Shown here: positions 25,616-39,399 of the stretch, piece by piece | How the letters are laid out: each line of letters starts with the position of its first letter | How positions within the stretch are numbered: the first letter of the stretch is position 1 | Assembly: GCF_009914755.1 (NCBI RefSeq) | Contig: NC_060933.1 | From: the human T2T-CHM13v2.0 reference genome, Homo sapiens | DNA: 64,000 nt | Reading direction: 5' to 3' (one strand) | The notes under the pieces: generated by a model | What the model saw: only the letters and a program-made list of their open reading frames with translations | What the model was told of the DNA's origin: nothing | The model's database searches: none | Translations under genes and position numbers: made by a program

Positions 25616-28600
25616 ATTTAAAAGGCCTTTATAATCTCTATAATTTTATGTATAATTGGCAATTAAATCCATTTTAATTGGCTTATGAAAATAAAAGCAC
25701 TTGAATCAAACACTATCAGAAAAAAGAAAAGGCTAGTCTAATGCTTTTTCAGGTTTATTTAACTTAAGTAAAATAATACATAAGCTGGCTTTATTAGAAA
25801 TGTCTTAAGAATTGCCAGCATAAAATTTTTTGCATTTATTAAGCAATTTCACACTATCCCAGCCAAATACTATACGGTGTTAAAATTTGGCATAAGGTTA
25901 CCAAACTATAAACCCAGCCCAAAACAGAATGATCTTTGCTTACATAATCTTTAATAAATAAGACATTGGTTTACTAATAATAGCTACATCTTGAATTTAT
26001 TAAGATTAACATAACTTCTAATCTTGTGGCTTTAGGCAGTCTAGTCCACGGGCAGTAAGGTTTGTTTTGGCAAGAGATTGTTATCATCTTTGTTTCACAG
26101 CTAAACTATAAGCTAAGTTCCTCCAAAGCTAGTTCTGCCTATGCCCAGGAATGAACAAGGACAGCTTGGAGGTTAGAAGCAAGAAGGAGTCAGGTTAGAT
26201 ATTTTTCACTGTTTCAGTTATAGTTTTGCAATAGTGTTTCCATAAATTTAAATGATTATCAGAGTTTTCATAAATAATCTAGGTAAATGATTAAAATAAA
26301 ATAATTATGTAAATGTAATGGGATAAATACATGTAAACAAACTCATCATAACTTAGAATATAAAGTTATATTGAGTTAAATAATAGATATTTCATTATAT
26401 GGGTATTTTCCAATAAAATACCAAAAAAATTTATTCATAGGAAAACATTCTTTCTAAAAAAAACAGTGTTTCCTTTTTAAAAAGGTGAATAGTTTTTGTC
26501 TAATTCAAAACTTATGTAAAGGTTATATATAAAACAAGGTAAAAAAAAAAACCAGGAAATAAGAGAGATGTAAAGAAAGTTATTAAAATAGTTTCTTTTT
26601 TGGTAAGCAAGCTTAAAGGAAATAATTTCATATGAGAAAGAATCTTGTATGGTAGATTTAGTCCTAAAATAAAATGACTGATTGCTTAAGAGGGATGTTC
26701 AGGACAAACCAGAAAGTTCAAGCATGTCATGAATGGTCTGTGTAAGTCACAATAAGATGATTTATTAAATCACAATAAGAGGATTTATTAAAAAAATCTT
26801 TTATATAATCCAGTTGTCTATTAATTAAAGGAAAATTATAGTGGTCTTTCTAAAGCTAAGCTTAATGTAAAAAACACATACACTAAATAATTGATTAGAA
26901 CAATGAAATTTTCTTAAGGGATTGATTTACTCTTAATAAGTTATAAGAGATACTGATTTTTTTAAATAAAAGTGCAACTTTTATTGCATCTCACACTTTT
27001 CAGTTTTCTCTCTCCTTTTAAAGGGTACAAAATAGTAGCACTCTCCTTCAACTCATTTTCAGCTAAGTTTTTTTCCCTCAAGTTCTGTTTGTTGTGGCCT
27101 GAGGCTAACAATGTTTTCTTAAAGGTCCAAAGAAAATGTTTTCTTCCAACGTAATATTCTGTGCAGTGCAGAAGGTCTTTCCTTTTGCCTAACAGATTTT
27201 TCATTTTATTGAAATAATTCCTATGCCATTATCATTAAATTTTGGTTTGCTTAGGAAAAAAACTGAGATGTAAAAACCTTTTTTTAAAATTAAGGTTATT
27301 ATATCCTTGCATCTTTCTGTATGTTCTTTTAAAGTACTTATGACGTTAAGTCACAGGGCCTTGACTCCTGGGTCTAAAAAGGACACCATGTCCTGCTAAG
27401 TCTTAAACACTGACAGCAATTAAAACTTCATCTTCAGGTCGGGTAGAAGAAGCCAATCAAAATAAACTGCATTTCTGAGACACAGGACAAGAAATTAAAG
27501 TTATTCAATTCCTCATGGCCCAGGGACTATCATGGAAGAGGTGGGCACGTGAGATTGTAAGGGCCAACTTTGAGTGATAAAATAAGTTCAGTTTCTCTAT
27601 AAATTAATCATCAATGTCAAAGGCACACTGATGCAAGACCAGCATATGGGCTGGTGTGTCAGATTAACAAGATTTTCTTAAGCATTAACTGACCCTTTAA
27701 TAAAGGTTATAAAGGTTATAAAAGGCTTATGGAAGTTACATCTTATAGTCAAGATTAAAATTTTATAGATTGTTTATAAAATTTTGAAAAACAAATTTAA
27801 TTGGTTTCATGCTGTTTTATTAGGACTTATTGTTTGGAAAATTAAGTCTTCTCTCTCAAAGAATGAAGATTTTTACCTTTTTTTGAAATCCTTTAATTAT
27901 CACTTTGGTCAAATCAATGACTTATTTTACAATGACCTGTGATATCAAGTGTTTTAAACCTCTGATATTTGACAAACTTTCCAAAATCAAATTATAAAGT
28001 ATGTCTTTCTCTGACCTCATTAATCCTTTAAGATACTAGATTCCCTAAGATCCAAAAATGACATAATTTGGCATACTTGTTATAAAAATTATATAGGAAA
28101 CACTGCCAAATATGGAATGGTGTTTGCTTTTCTTTGGGCTGTATTTGTATAAGTATGTTATTGGTATGTGTTCCAAAATTATGGGAAATCCCTATAATTC
28201 TGATATGACTTAGTGTACATTATCAGTAATAACTATAATTGTTATGTTAAATTATTGTGCACCACAGAGGTAACAAATTTCCTTGTCAATTGTGTTCTTG
28301 ACTATGGCTGCCCTAAAACTTTTTGTCATCCTCGGGCAATTGTTCTCTTATTTTGGTCCTATTTAGAAGGTGGTTTTATAATCAGCTCTAAAACTCTAAC
28401 AGGTGCTCTTGAATACAACTTTCTAATAACGTTGGAGATTGTGACATCAGAATAGAAGAAAAACTTTTAGGAATCATGGAGAACTGAAATGTTCATGAAT
28501 ATCCAGAAGAATAGGAATTAACTACATGGACAGAACTAATAGAAGACTGAAGTAAACTTTTTGACTTTTGCTTAAAACATTGCTGATCCTTTGTTTAGTT

Positions 28601-29304
28601 TTTTGACTCAAGGAAATTTTTCTTTTGAGCTATTGAGAGGTTTTAACAATTTAGTATATTTCTATGAACAAAATTTAGAACATATTGATTTCTCCAGAAT
28701 TTGGAAACTATTTGTGAGTATTCTTAACTTACGGCAATATCGTTATTTGCATAAGTACAATAAGAATCTGTTTTCATTTAAAACAGGACACAATTGGAGA
28801 AACTGGTTATTTTACCAAGGCTTTGACTGGAATGGTGCACTTTCCTTTAAGGATCAAACATGACTTATGGAGCCAATTAAATCCCCTTGGGAAAACTGGC
28901 CTCATTGCTTGTCTACACAGTTCCTGTCCAGGGTTCCTGACTTACGGTAAGTAACAAATGTCACTTTCTGGGAGGCCCAGGAGCCCCAAGTTTATCTCAG
29001 AACCTCAAAAGGAGAGGAATTCACCCAACTCATAGGTATTCGATGGTACAAATCCATGGCTGGGCTTGGCTTTATAAAAGTCTTATCTGAGATTCCTTTT
29101 ATGGAACAAAGTTCCATCAAAGCCAACTTAAAAGCTTGTGTAAAAAATATTATTCTTGCTATACTATATACAAATAAGCAGGCCAAGTATAACAAAGCAA
29201 ATCAGTCTTACCATGTTCTGTCTTTAATAAAAATGGGAAACTCGAGAAAGAAAAATTTTGTTTCGAAAACTAAATTTAGATTCTAGTCTTACCTAATGTT
29301 TTTC

Positions 29305-29383
29305 AATTTTTATTATTTTCTAGAGGTGGGACTGAATTCTAATTTTTATTATTTTCTAAAGGTGGGACTGAATTCTAATTTTT
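29305..29383. repeat. 36-bp tandem duplication
   Basis: aatttttattattttcta(g/a)aggtgggactgaattct twice. Confidence 0.95.
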
Positions 29384-29848
29384 CTTGGCTACAAGTCTTC
29401 AAAATAATGTTTTCAATTTTTTTCCTTCCTCCTGCCATTTTTCCTATCTGGAGTCACTGAAAACTAAGCTGTGTTTTCATAAAGCCCTGTGAACTGAAGC
29501 CAGACAACTTAAACTTCAGAAGAAAGTAACAGCAACCTATTTACATACATAAGCCAGTCTCATACCTGCCTACTGATGTATGGACTTCAGAGTAATGTGG
29601 CCTACACCAATATTTCAGGATTGTTCTTTTGTTTGTTGTTGTTTTTCTCCCTTCCTCTCCCTATTTTCTCTTCACAGGATGTGAGACTTCACAACCTGCT
29701 AAAAATGAACTTTCCTAATAACTCGGGACCTACCCATCTAGGAATAAACCATCCTATTCATGACAGGTAAGACAAAACCTGAGACCAGAGACTCATTTTT
29801 TCCTAAAATGCTTTCTCCAAGAGATTTTAAAAAAGAAAAGGGGGGAAA

Positions 29849-30304
29849 TGTGAAAGGAAAATAAATCTTGGGGCCCCAAAATCACTAAGCTAAGGGGAAA
29901 AGTCAAGCTGGGAACTTGCCCCCCATTCTATTCAAAGTCACCCTTCTGCTCACTGACATAAATGCATATCTGATTGCCTCATTTGGAGAGGCTAATCAGA
30001 AACTCAAAAGAATGTAACTATTTGTCTCTTATCTACCTATGACCTGAAAGCCCTTCCCTGCTTTGAGTTGTCCCGTCTTCACCTCAAGTTGTCCCACCTT
30101 TCTACACTGAACCAATGTACATCTTACACATATTGATTGATGTCTCATGTCTCCCTAAAATGTATAAAACCAAACTGTGCTCCTACCACCTTGGGCACAT
30201 GTTTTCGGACCTCTTGATTCTGTGTCACAAGCATGCATCCTTAACATTATCAAAATAAACTTTCTAAATTAACTGAGACCTGTCTCAGATTTTCAGTCTT
30301 CACA
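29849..30304 (+). mobile_element. 3' LTR MER4A1
   Basis: Direct repeat of 23223-23692 with a 14-bp deletion; preceded by the PPT. Confidence 0.9.
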
Positions 30305-30309
30305 AAAGT

Positions 30310-30690
30310 AACTATTTTAAAAACTAAATCTGTAATTTGAAATACTTTTATAAAGAAACCCCTAGGTCCAGTTTGCTTCAGCAGTAAATTTTTCCAAAGA
30401 TCTACAGAAAAAATAACTCCAATCTTGGACAAACATTTAAAAAGAGGGGACTCTTCTTAATTTGTTTTAGGAAGCCAGTAACCGCAGAATATTAAATATC
30501 TGATAAGGTCATCATGTGGAGAAAATATTATAACTCATTTTATTCATGAATGTATATATAAAACTTTAAATAAAATGTTAGGAAATTGAATATAAATATA
30601 AGTTGAAAATAAAATGGTAGAAAAATGAAATAATTTTTTTAGAAAGTGAATATATTGAAGCCATATTGGCTTTATTTTAGGAATAGCAAT
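30310..30690 (+). mobile_element. Old L1M ORF2 fragment
   Basis: aaagaaacccctaggtccagtttgcttcagcagtaaatttttccaaa (KKxPGPDGF-like region). Confidence 0.55.
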
Positions 30691-32334
30691 CTTCCTCAAA
30701 CAAATCAGATCACTCCCTAACCTGGCTTATTGCTTAACACTTTTCAAAGGATCCATATTTCCTATCCCAATCATATATATAGTCTGAGTAAGTAACCTCC
30801 ACTTACATCTCTAGTCTTTTTCTCTCCAGTAGCCCCATATCCTCTTTGCATTTCAGTTACACTGAATTGAAAGTTCTACAGAATAGTTGCTGTAATGTAA
30901 TGCCTGTGAATTTACTATTTCCTTTCACTGGAGTTCCTTGTTAGCATTCCTGCCTACTCATTCAAGACATAATACAGATCTCATTTACTCTTGAAAGACT
31001 TTCTTATCCCCAGGCATATTTAATAGGTTCTTCTTTTGCTTCCCTACAGCTCTTTGAACACTGCATTAACATTTTCAGTTTACTTTTCCTTCTCCTGCAC
31101 CAGGCTACACATATGTTAGGAGAAGAGAGTATTATTATAATTATTAACATTTTAGCACTTAACCCAGTGCTTGATATTTAACAGGGAATAGAAATCAAAG
31201 ACTAAGAAATCCAAAGTTGCCTTTTCTATGTCAAAATTATTATGATTCTATATTAGTGCAGGCTAACTTAATGATGTTGGAGGAAGAGTGTAGAATTTGA
31301 TGTTCAAATCAAGCTGCTAACTGCTTTCTTCTTCAACATTCTTCATGATAAATTGTACACACCAAGATGTAAGCCAAATGGCAAAGCAACTGTTTGAGAG
31401 CCACCAGTACATAACTTCCTAGTAAAATTGATTGAACAATGTGGTCTATTTCCTAATCTGGCTTCCTTTCTCTGAGGTTCCATTCTCTCCCTAAACTCTC
31501 CAAATTTTGAAATCTTTCATGTATCTCTCAGAAAACCCTATGACATTCAGATGAAGGGATCACTGTCCCTGGATTTACCCCTCTTCATCATGCTTGTCTC
31601 CAAGTCAGAGTCCTGCTATTTGGAGATGCCTCCTAGAACTTTAATAAGATCACCAATGATGGCTTTTCCACCTAAAACCCACAGAATAGTCAGTGATTGG
31701 GCTTTGAAACAGGAGCTATGAAACTTCAAGTCTCATGGCCTATGGGTTCATGGTACCTCGGTGACAGTTACTCAATACAGTGTGTACACACACATTTTCT
31801 TAACCATTGCCACATTAGATCATATCACTATGCCCCATTTCCAGTCTAGTCAAAATCACTATGATGAAGAAGATAAATCTAACAAATTTGACCTCTGCAA
31901 GATGATTCATCCTTATTTTGTCATAACTGAAGTGACTGTTGCACAGAAAAAGTCAGCAACTTTTCTTTCTCTACCTAGGAGATAACTAAAATCATCAAGG
32001 ATAAAGTCTCATTGTTATCTTAATAGGGCTTTAAGATCATTTATTTTGGTAAGACCCCAATAAATCTAGTCTGCTTATTTCAATCTTGTTCCAGACAGGA
32101 TAAGAGGAGATAGTAGACAGATTTTCTCTTTAATCACATTAATACCAAAAAAAATTAAATTAGTCATATTATTAGATTATAAAATTTCTGTAAAGCAAGT
32201 CCAAGTCTCTGGCCATTAAAGATATTCTACAAAATAGTTTCCTCTTCTTTGCCTGAACTTCATAAAGAAAATTTTCTTATTGTAACTCTAACTTCCACAG
32301 ATATTAAGGCTTTTTGATGACAAACAGACCTGAT

Positions 32335-32480
32335 TTGTTCAACACACTTTGAGTACTTACTTTGTCTTCAAAATTCAATGAACACTTTTACATAGATGCT
32401 TTAATTCTTATACTGTTCTATGAGATAAGTGATCATAGCCTCAATTTACAGATGTGAAAATAGGTTATGAGATAAAACCT
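32335..32480 (-). mobile_element. MIR
   Basis: ctatgagataagt..cctcaatttacagatgtgaaaataggtt. Confidence 0.5.
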
Positions 32481-33479
32481 CAGGTTTTATTTTTCTACAA
32501 ATTCCCAGCCAACTCACCAGGGTAGCAGGGAAGAAGGGATTCAGGATAGCCACTCTGAGATATCATACATGTGCCTCTGTCTGGGGCATCTTATTTTTAC
32601 TCCTCTGAGAAAGGGCATATGAGGCAAGGCCTAAGTAGGGAGTGAGTACTTCCTTTTCACTAAAACACAGAGTCAAAGAAGCAGAAGTGACTGTAGAAAT
32701 GGAATGATTTGACGGTATTCTAGAAAACTTTTATTCATAAACTACAGATTTCTGTGTGTTCTTCAGGGGAGGTCAATTTGGAAAATTTGCTGCCAACTTC
32801 TAATGTTCTGATTATACCCAGTGAGAGGTTGCACGTGTGTCGTATTTTCTCAAGACATAAATTTCCATTTTTGCTAATTTGTAATTAGAAAGCCTTTTGG
32901 TTTGCAAAGCACATTTAAAACCATGAAAAGGATGGCAGCATTTTCTACAGATGCAGTTACAAATGACAGAGATTACCCTGTGCATTTGTGTGTGTTTAAG
33001 ATGATCTGTAATTGTTTTGCCCTCAGAACACTACTTAGCCAAGAAGAGGTCAGTTCTAGTCTTGAACTTATTCTTAAAGAGCTAAGCTTAATTGTCTTAT
33101 AATTGTGTGGGAAACCCAAGCAGAGTTTATTGTTTACTCTTGAGGAAACAGCAGGATGATGTTAAGTATCTGCAGGGTGCTCTGCAGATCACAAATTTTC
33201 TTCAAATTGCTCAGCAAATTGTGGTAGGGTAAAAAGAGACAGGCAACTACACCTTGTACTGGACTTAAAAATTTTTATCTTTTTAAACTGTTTGTATACA
33301 TATAAATATGCATTGTCTTAATTTTAATTTTCATGGACATTTTAATAAAAGAACATCATTAAAGCAATGCAGCAAAGGTACTTGGGGTTTTAGAGGAATT
33401 CGCCTCTTGGCAAAATCCCAGGGAGCCATGGGAAACTGGCTTTCTCATTTAATTTAAATTCAAAAACATGCTTTATGGG

Positions 33480-33855
33480 TGTATTAGTCTGTTCTCATGC
33501 TGCTAATAAAGACATATCCAAGACTGGGTGATTTATAAAGGAAAGAGGTTTAATTGACTCACAGTTCCAAATGGCTGGGGAGGTCTCAGGATATTAACAA
33601 TCATAGTGGAAGGGGGAGCAAACGCATCCTTCTTCACATTGTGGCAGGAGAGAGAAGTGCCGAACAAAAGGGGGAAAAGTCCCTTATAAAATCATCAGAT
33701 CTCGTGAGAACTCACCCACTATCATGAGAACAGCATGAGGGTAACTGCCCCCATAATTAAATTACCTCCTACTGGGTCCCTCTCAGTACACGTGGGGATT
33801 ATGGGAACAACGATTCAAGATGAGATTTGGGTGGGGACACAGCTAGGCCATATCA
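33480..33855 (-). mobile_element. THE1C-like solo LTR (MaLR)
   Basis: tgtattagtctgttctcatgctgctaataaagacata...gagatttgggtggggacacagc..ccatatca; perfect 5-bp TSD ATGGG. Confidence 0.92.
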
Positions 33856-35643
33856 ATGGGGAAACTCACGAAGACAAAAACATATCATTAACTGGAGCAT
33901 CCAATGGGACTGAGTTATGGCTCCGTAATATAGATATAAATACAAATTGATTCAATTGCCAATTTCAACATTCATGGTGACATTAATTCTTCTGTTAAAT
34001 TTTACTGGGGTCTTTAGGTCCCAAATATTGTATCCCCAGCAATACACGTGTAGTCAGCTACAAAACCCATATTTTAAACTCTATTTAGAAAAATATTTTA
34101 TAAATTTTGCCTATGTGCCAGAAATCTGGCTGTGTTCTGTTGCTGGTACACATTACTTTCCCTTTCACTTATGTTAACTTATACCATTCACTCCAACCCT
34201 TTGTTTTCTGCCATTTAGATGGCATTTTCCTCCATCTCCACTTCCCAACCATCGAACATCCAACTAATATTTGTTGAGTGCATGATAAATACTAAGCACT
34301 ATTTTCTAAGACATTCGTTTTCTCACTTAATCATTACCTAAAGCAAGTAGATAATATTATACTCATTTTTAAAAAAAGAAAATTGAGACTCAAAAGTTTA
34401 AGACTATGGGGTCAGTTAGCTAGAAAGAGAGGGAAAGTATTCTCCTTCCCCAGAAATCTTTGTCTCACCATATCCTTAGCTCCCTAGCATTTCTCCTTAA
34501 TTTGGACGATACCCCTCTCTGACAAAAAATTCTTCCTTGGATAACTTCTCTTCACACCTTAACGTAGTTTTTTTTTTTTAAATTTGTCTTTCCATATCTC
34601 ATTCCCTAAACACCCTAACCTATAAGGCAAAATTAAATCCATCACATTAATTCATTAATATGGGTTCTATTTTTGTTTTTCTAAAACTTATGAAATTTTG
34701 GGTAACTTTCATTAAGAACATGTTTTATTTTTCCAAAATATTTATCATGGGATTTATGAAAAATAACTTCTAATATGTTAATAATATACAGAGTGCATAC
34801 CTTTTATGTGAAAATAATGCTGTATTTTACAAAACCTTTCCTAGCAATCTCTCCTGTAGCTGTCCTAGTCTAGGTCTTTATAAGTAGTACCTAGATTGTT
34901 GAAGCTGTATTCTAATTGATCTCCGTGCTTTCCAGTGTATCTCACTTGACTATTTGAAGCTAGTGGATTAATTTTCCTGAAATACAGTGCCAATCCTATA
35001 ACTTTCTAATTCAGACACGTTTGATTACTCCAAATTGGTTATTGAATAAATTGCTAAATTAGTACCTTGCCCTTTAGTGAGTTATCAGATTGGGTTCACA
35101 TTTCTTTTTAAAAAATATTTTGTACCACTTTTTGAAAACACTCCAACCAGATAGAAATAGCTGATCGTCCCAATAAGTGCTAAATACTTATTTACTAAGT
35201 ATTTAGTATAAATACTAAGCATGTTGATGCTATTCATATTTTAGCAATTTCCTTAACAACTCTTGATAAGTTTCTTACATTTTAATCATACTCACCAAGA
35301 TATATTACCAGGTTATCTGTGGAATTTACTCTTCCTATTTAGAAATAACTTTCCTTCCCATCTCTAAATTTCCAATTCATTGTCTACGCCGCTTTTATAA
35401 AATTTGTAACTTTCTGTTGTGTTGTTGACATCGTATTTCCATATTAGAAATAGAGGAAAAAAATACATGTTTGATTGTTTTTATTCCAAATAATCTAGCA
35501 AAGTCTCATTTTTTTTACCATCTATTTTTGTTAAAAATGACCATGCAAATTGTAGTCACAATAGGGCATTTGTCCCGTTGGATAAAGAACAATATTGAAA
35601 CCTTCAAATTGTGATATCCTTGAGTAAAAGATCATAATCTTTC

Positions 35644-35711
<68 letters not shown>
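35644..35711. repeat. Compound (TA)n(TG)n(TA)n microsatellite
   Basis: Uninterrupted alternating purine-pyrimidine tract of ~68 bp. Confidence 0.95.
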
Positions 35712-35713
<2 letters not shown>

Positions 35714-37221
35714 CCTGTTACAGTTATTCCCTGTAACTAGTACTATATGTTTTTGTAACACTCTAATTCTTCTCCAAACTGTGCCACTTATTACATTGCA
35801 TTATAATTATTTAAATTCATCTCTCCTCCTAGTTATCCTATGAATTCCTGAAAAATAGAAACCATGCATTATTTAGTTTTATATGTCCAGGTTTAAAAAT
35901 AGCTCCTACTTGCTGTTAAAATAAGCATTAAACTTAAAATTTAATAAAATTATTAAAGGTACTTTAGTCAAATTCAAACTAGATATTCAAAAGTCATCAG
36001 AAAAAAATTAAAATGAATTATTAATAATATCTAAGAGGAATAAGCTTAGTCAAAATGCTTAGCTTCATAAAATGTCCTCAAATACCAGTCTAAAAATAAC
36101 CAAAATAATATCACTGACAATTTTTATCTTTCTGGGAAAATATTCATCCTAAAAATAAACTAGAGAATCAGTTTGTGAAAAAATCATTCTGTTATAGAAC
36201 ACAGCAGGATGTTTTTCCAATAGAATAACCCCAATTATTATGACCAAAAGATTTCAACAGCCAACAGAATAGAAGCTTCTTAGAATACTGGATGAAGTAC
36301 CATTTTAGAAACTAGTCCAAAGAGCCCTGAATTTTGATTCACGTCTCGATTGCAGCTCTTGTCTTGCAAACTCTTTAATCTTAGAAAATCATTTCTCTTC
36401 TCTGATGCTGTTTTCTTGTCTACAAAATGAGGCAATTTACTGATGACATCTTTTTTGAGTTATACACTTTTATTATTTTAAGCCTGAATGTCATAATCTC
36501 TAATTTAGGACTATATATTAACTTGAAAGCAGAAAGCTATTATAAGGTGATGTTGGGAGTCAATTGACTTATTTGTGAAAAACCTCTGTATGGTTAATTA
36601 TTTATTCTGTTTCTTTTCATTGGTTCACTAATTTTTTTTTCACTTTCAAGTCTGTTGGGTTTTGTTTACTTGTTTGTTTATAAGGAATATTAATGTATAT
36701 GAATAGTACAGCTTAAAACTATTCTGCTTTTTGATGCCAAGGTGTGCTTTGCATCTGAAACCATGAAAAGTACATAGAAAAAAAGGAATATTTTGTAGTC
36801 AATATGAGCTATTTAATTTCCTGTTTAGCAACAGCCACCAGAAAAATTTCTTATAGGGATTCTTTGACCTTCAGGTCCAGTGGCTAATGAGCCTCACTAT
36901 GACATTGAACCCTGAAATGTTTGTTTGAGTGAAGTGAGAACCATAGTTGCCATACAAACATAAACATTTTGTTAATGCTTTCTGTTAGTAGAATGTTTTT
37001 AAAGATGATCTTTGGCTCTGTTTATATTCTATCACCTTACCCTTAACTGAGGGGCAGATACCTAACAAACGTTGAACCAGTCCATAGCTCTCTTCGAGAA
37101 TTTGAAATGGATACAGTAAATGAGAATCAATAAGCCTGACAATCTCTGGCCCTGAAAGATTTATGGACACTTATTGCCTGAAGCTCCTAGAGTGTCCATG
37201 ATTTCCGCCTTTTCCATTTTG

Positions 37222-38091
37222 ACTATAAAACACTGATGAAAGAAAATGAAGAGGACACCAAAAAAAATAGAAAGATATTCCATGTGCATGGATTGGAAGA
37301 ATCAATATTGTTGAAATGTCCATACTATTCAAAGCAGTCAACAGACTAAATGCAACCCCTATCAAAATATCAATGACATTCTTCACAGAAATAGAAAAAA
37401 GAATCCTAAAACTTATATGAAACCCCTAAAGTTCCAGAATAGCTAAAGGTGTCCTAAGCAGGAAGAACAAAACTAGAGGAATGACACTACCTGACTTCAA
37501 ATTATACTACAGAGCTATAGTAACCAAAACAGCACAGCACTGGCATAAAAACAGACACAGAACAACGGAACAGAATAGAGAACCCAGAAACAAATCCATA
37601 CATTTACAGTGAACTCACTTTTGACAAAGGTGCCAAGAACATACACTGGGGAAAAGATAGTCTCTTTAGTAAATGGTGCTGGGGAAACTAGATATCCATA
37701 TGCAGAAGAGTGAAATGAGACCCTATCTCTTGCCATATACAAAAATAAATCAAAATGAATTAAAGACTTAAATCTAAGCCCTCAAACTATGAAACTACTA
37801 CAAGAAGACACTGGAGAAACTCTCCAATACATTGGTCTGGGCAAAAATTTCTTGAGTGATACCCCACAAGAATAGGCAGTTAAAGCAAAAATGGACAAAT
37901 GGGATCATGTTGAGTTAAAACGCTTCTGCACAACTAAGGAAACAATCAACAAAGTAAAGAGAGAGCCCACAGAATGAGAGAAGATATTTACAAACTACCC
38001 TTCTGACAAGGGATTAAGCCAGAATATAAAAGGAGGAGCTTAAACAACTCTACAGGAAAAAGTCTAATAATCCAATTTAAAAATGGGCAAA
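37222..38091 (+). mobile_element. L1MA-type ORF2 fragment (post-RT region), no 3'UTR
   Basis: tattccatgtgcatggattggaagaatcaatattg, ctgacttcaaattatactacagagc, aaatgggatc; several stops. Confidence 0.9.
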
Positions 38092-39099
38092 TCTCACCTC
38101 TCAACAATGGCAAAAGGAAAGACAAGTAGAAATTATTGAGAAGACAAAAATCTGTACCAGAATAAAAAGTCAAATGTGGCCCAATTGTGAATAGTTGATA
38201 AAACATGGGAAAATAGAATTTGTTTACTTGGATGCTTGATTCTTCTTCAGCTGACAAGATCTTTGGATTTTACAATTACATTTGCTTTCCTATACATTTT
38301 TAATGCTATTCTGTCTATATTGATTAACATTTAGAATAAACTTATAGGCTAAAAAGGTTTTTATATTTCAGAAGCAAATGAAAATGTTATAAATCATGAC
38401 AATTTATGAGTTCACCTGACAGAAAAATGACAAAGAAAATAGTCATCAGAGATTTTAAAAAGTGAAAATTAAAATGTATTTATTCTAAATAGATATTAAG
38501 GAATCTTATAATTCACTCATAAAGTCAGTCAATTGAAACTTAAGGATGTATGTAATTTGAAGTTATATTACCTATAGGACAACCACACACACACACATAC
38601 ACACACGTACACATATACAATTTATTTTTTTTAATGGGAAGATAACTGAAAAAGGGGATGAGAAGTAGTGGAAGTACACTAAATTGCTTTAAACAACAGA
38701 GAATCCCTAGGTATCATCTAAAATACTTTAAAATATTTACTTTCAGAAAAAAGAATTAGGAATAGTGGATGTTGCAGATATGGGTCTTTGCTTTTATGTC
38801 TTTTTGTGTGCTCCTTGCTATTTTCCCTACGTATATGAACTGGTTTGTATTATTCAAACAGTAATCTTTGAATTAATGATAGCAAGAGGAGAAAAGGTGA
38901 ATAAAGAGTCCTAATATTATGGAATGGAATGGAATTAGCCTAGTAAAACATAAGACTATTAGAAATTTTCTAGGTTAACATCTTTTTAATTTCTGAGGTA
39001 ATTTTGTTTTTCTATGAGGATAATATTTTTTCTGAATGTTTTCCTTTCCCGCTCCTGAAGTATGCAATGATCAATGCCACATGCATACAATAGACCAAG

Positions 39100-39302
39100 A
39101 CAATATTGATTCTTCCATTCCATGAACATGGAATATTTTTTCATTTTGGGGGATTCTTTCCAATTTCTTTCATCAGCATTTTATAGTTTTCATTATAGAG
39201 ATCTTTAACTTCTTTGTTAAAGTTAATATCTACGCATTTAATTTTATTTGTGGCTATAGTAAATGGAATCATCTTTTTCAGGTTGTTCACAGTTGGTATG
39301 TA
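39100..39302 (-). mobile_element. L1M ORF2 fragment
   Basis: Peptide IPFTIATNKIK..KEVKDLYNENYKMLMKEI in ORF 39141-39422. Confidence 0.85.
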
Positions 39303-39399
39303 CTCTAGGGTTTCTTGTGAATACAAAATAAAATTATATAGCAAAAACCTTACATATGGCAAAACACTTAATAATGTAGCCAACATCCACTTGTGTTTC

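Larger units (their letters stand above)
23223..30304 (+). mobile_element. Complete MER4-group ERV1 provirus (MER4A1 LTR - MER4-int - MER4A1 LTR), non-coding
   Basis: Paired TG..CA LTRs; 4-bp TSD AAAG (23219-23222, 30305-30308); PBS-like TGGTAACCAC.. at 23696; polypurine tract 29829-29848; no gag/pol/env ORF. Confidence 0.92.

Noticed and set aside
23693-29848. Retroviral gag/pol/env genes
   Set aside because: Only short ORFs (<100 aa) without retroviral motifs
37988-38257. 89-aa minus ORF with a GAG|GTGAGA donor
   Set aside because: Poor acceptor tract, runs into antisense L1, no recognisable protein
38920-38936. (GGAAT)n satellite
   Set aside because: Only three units
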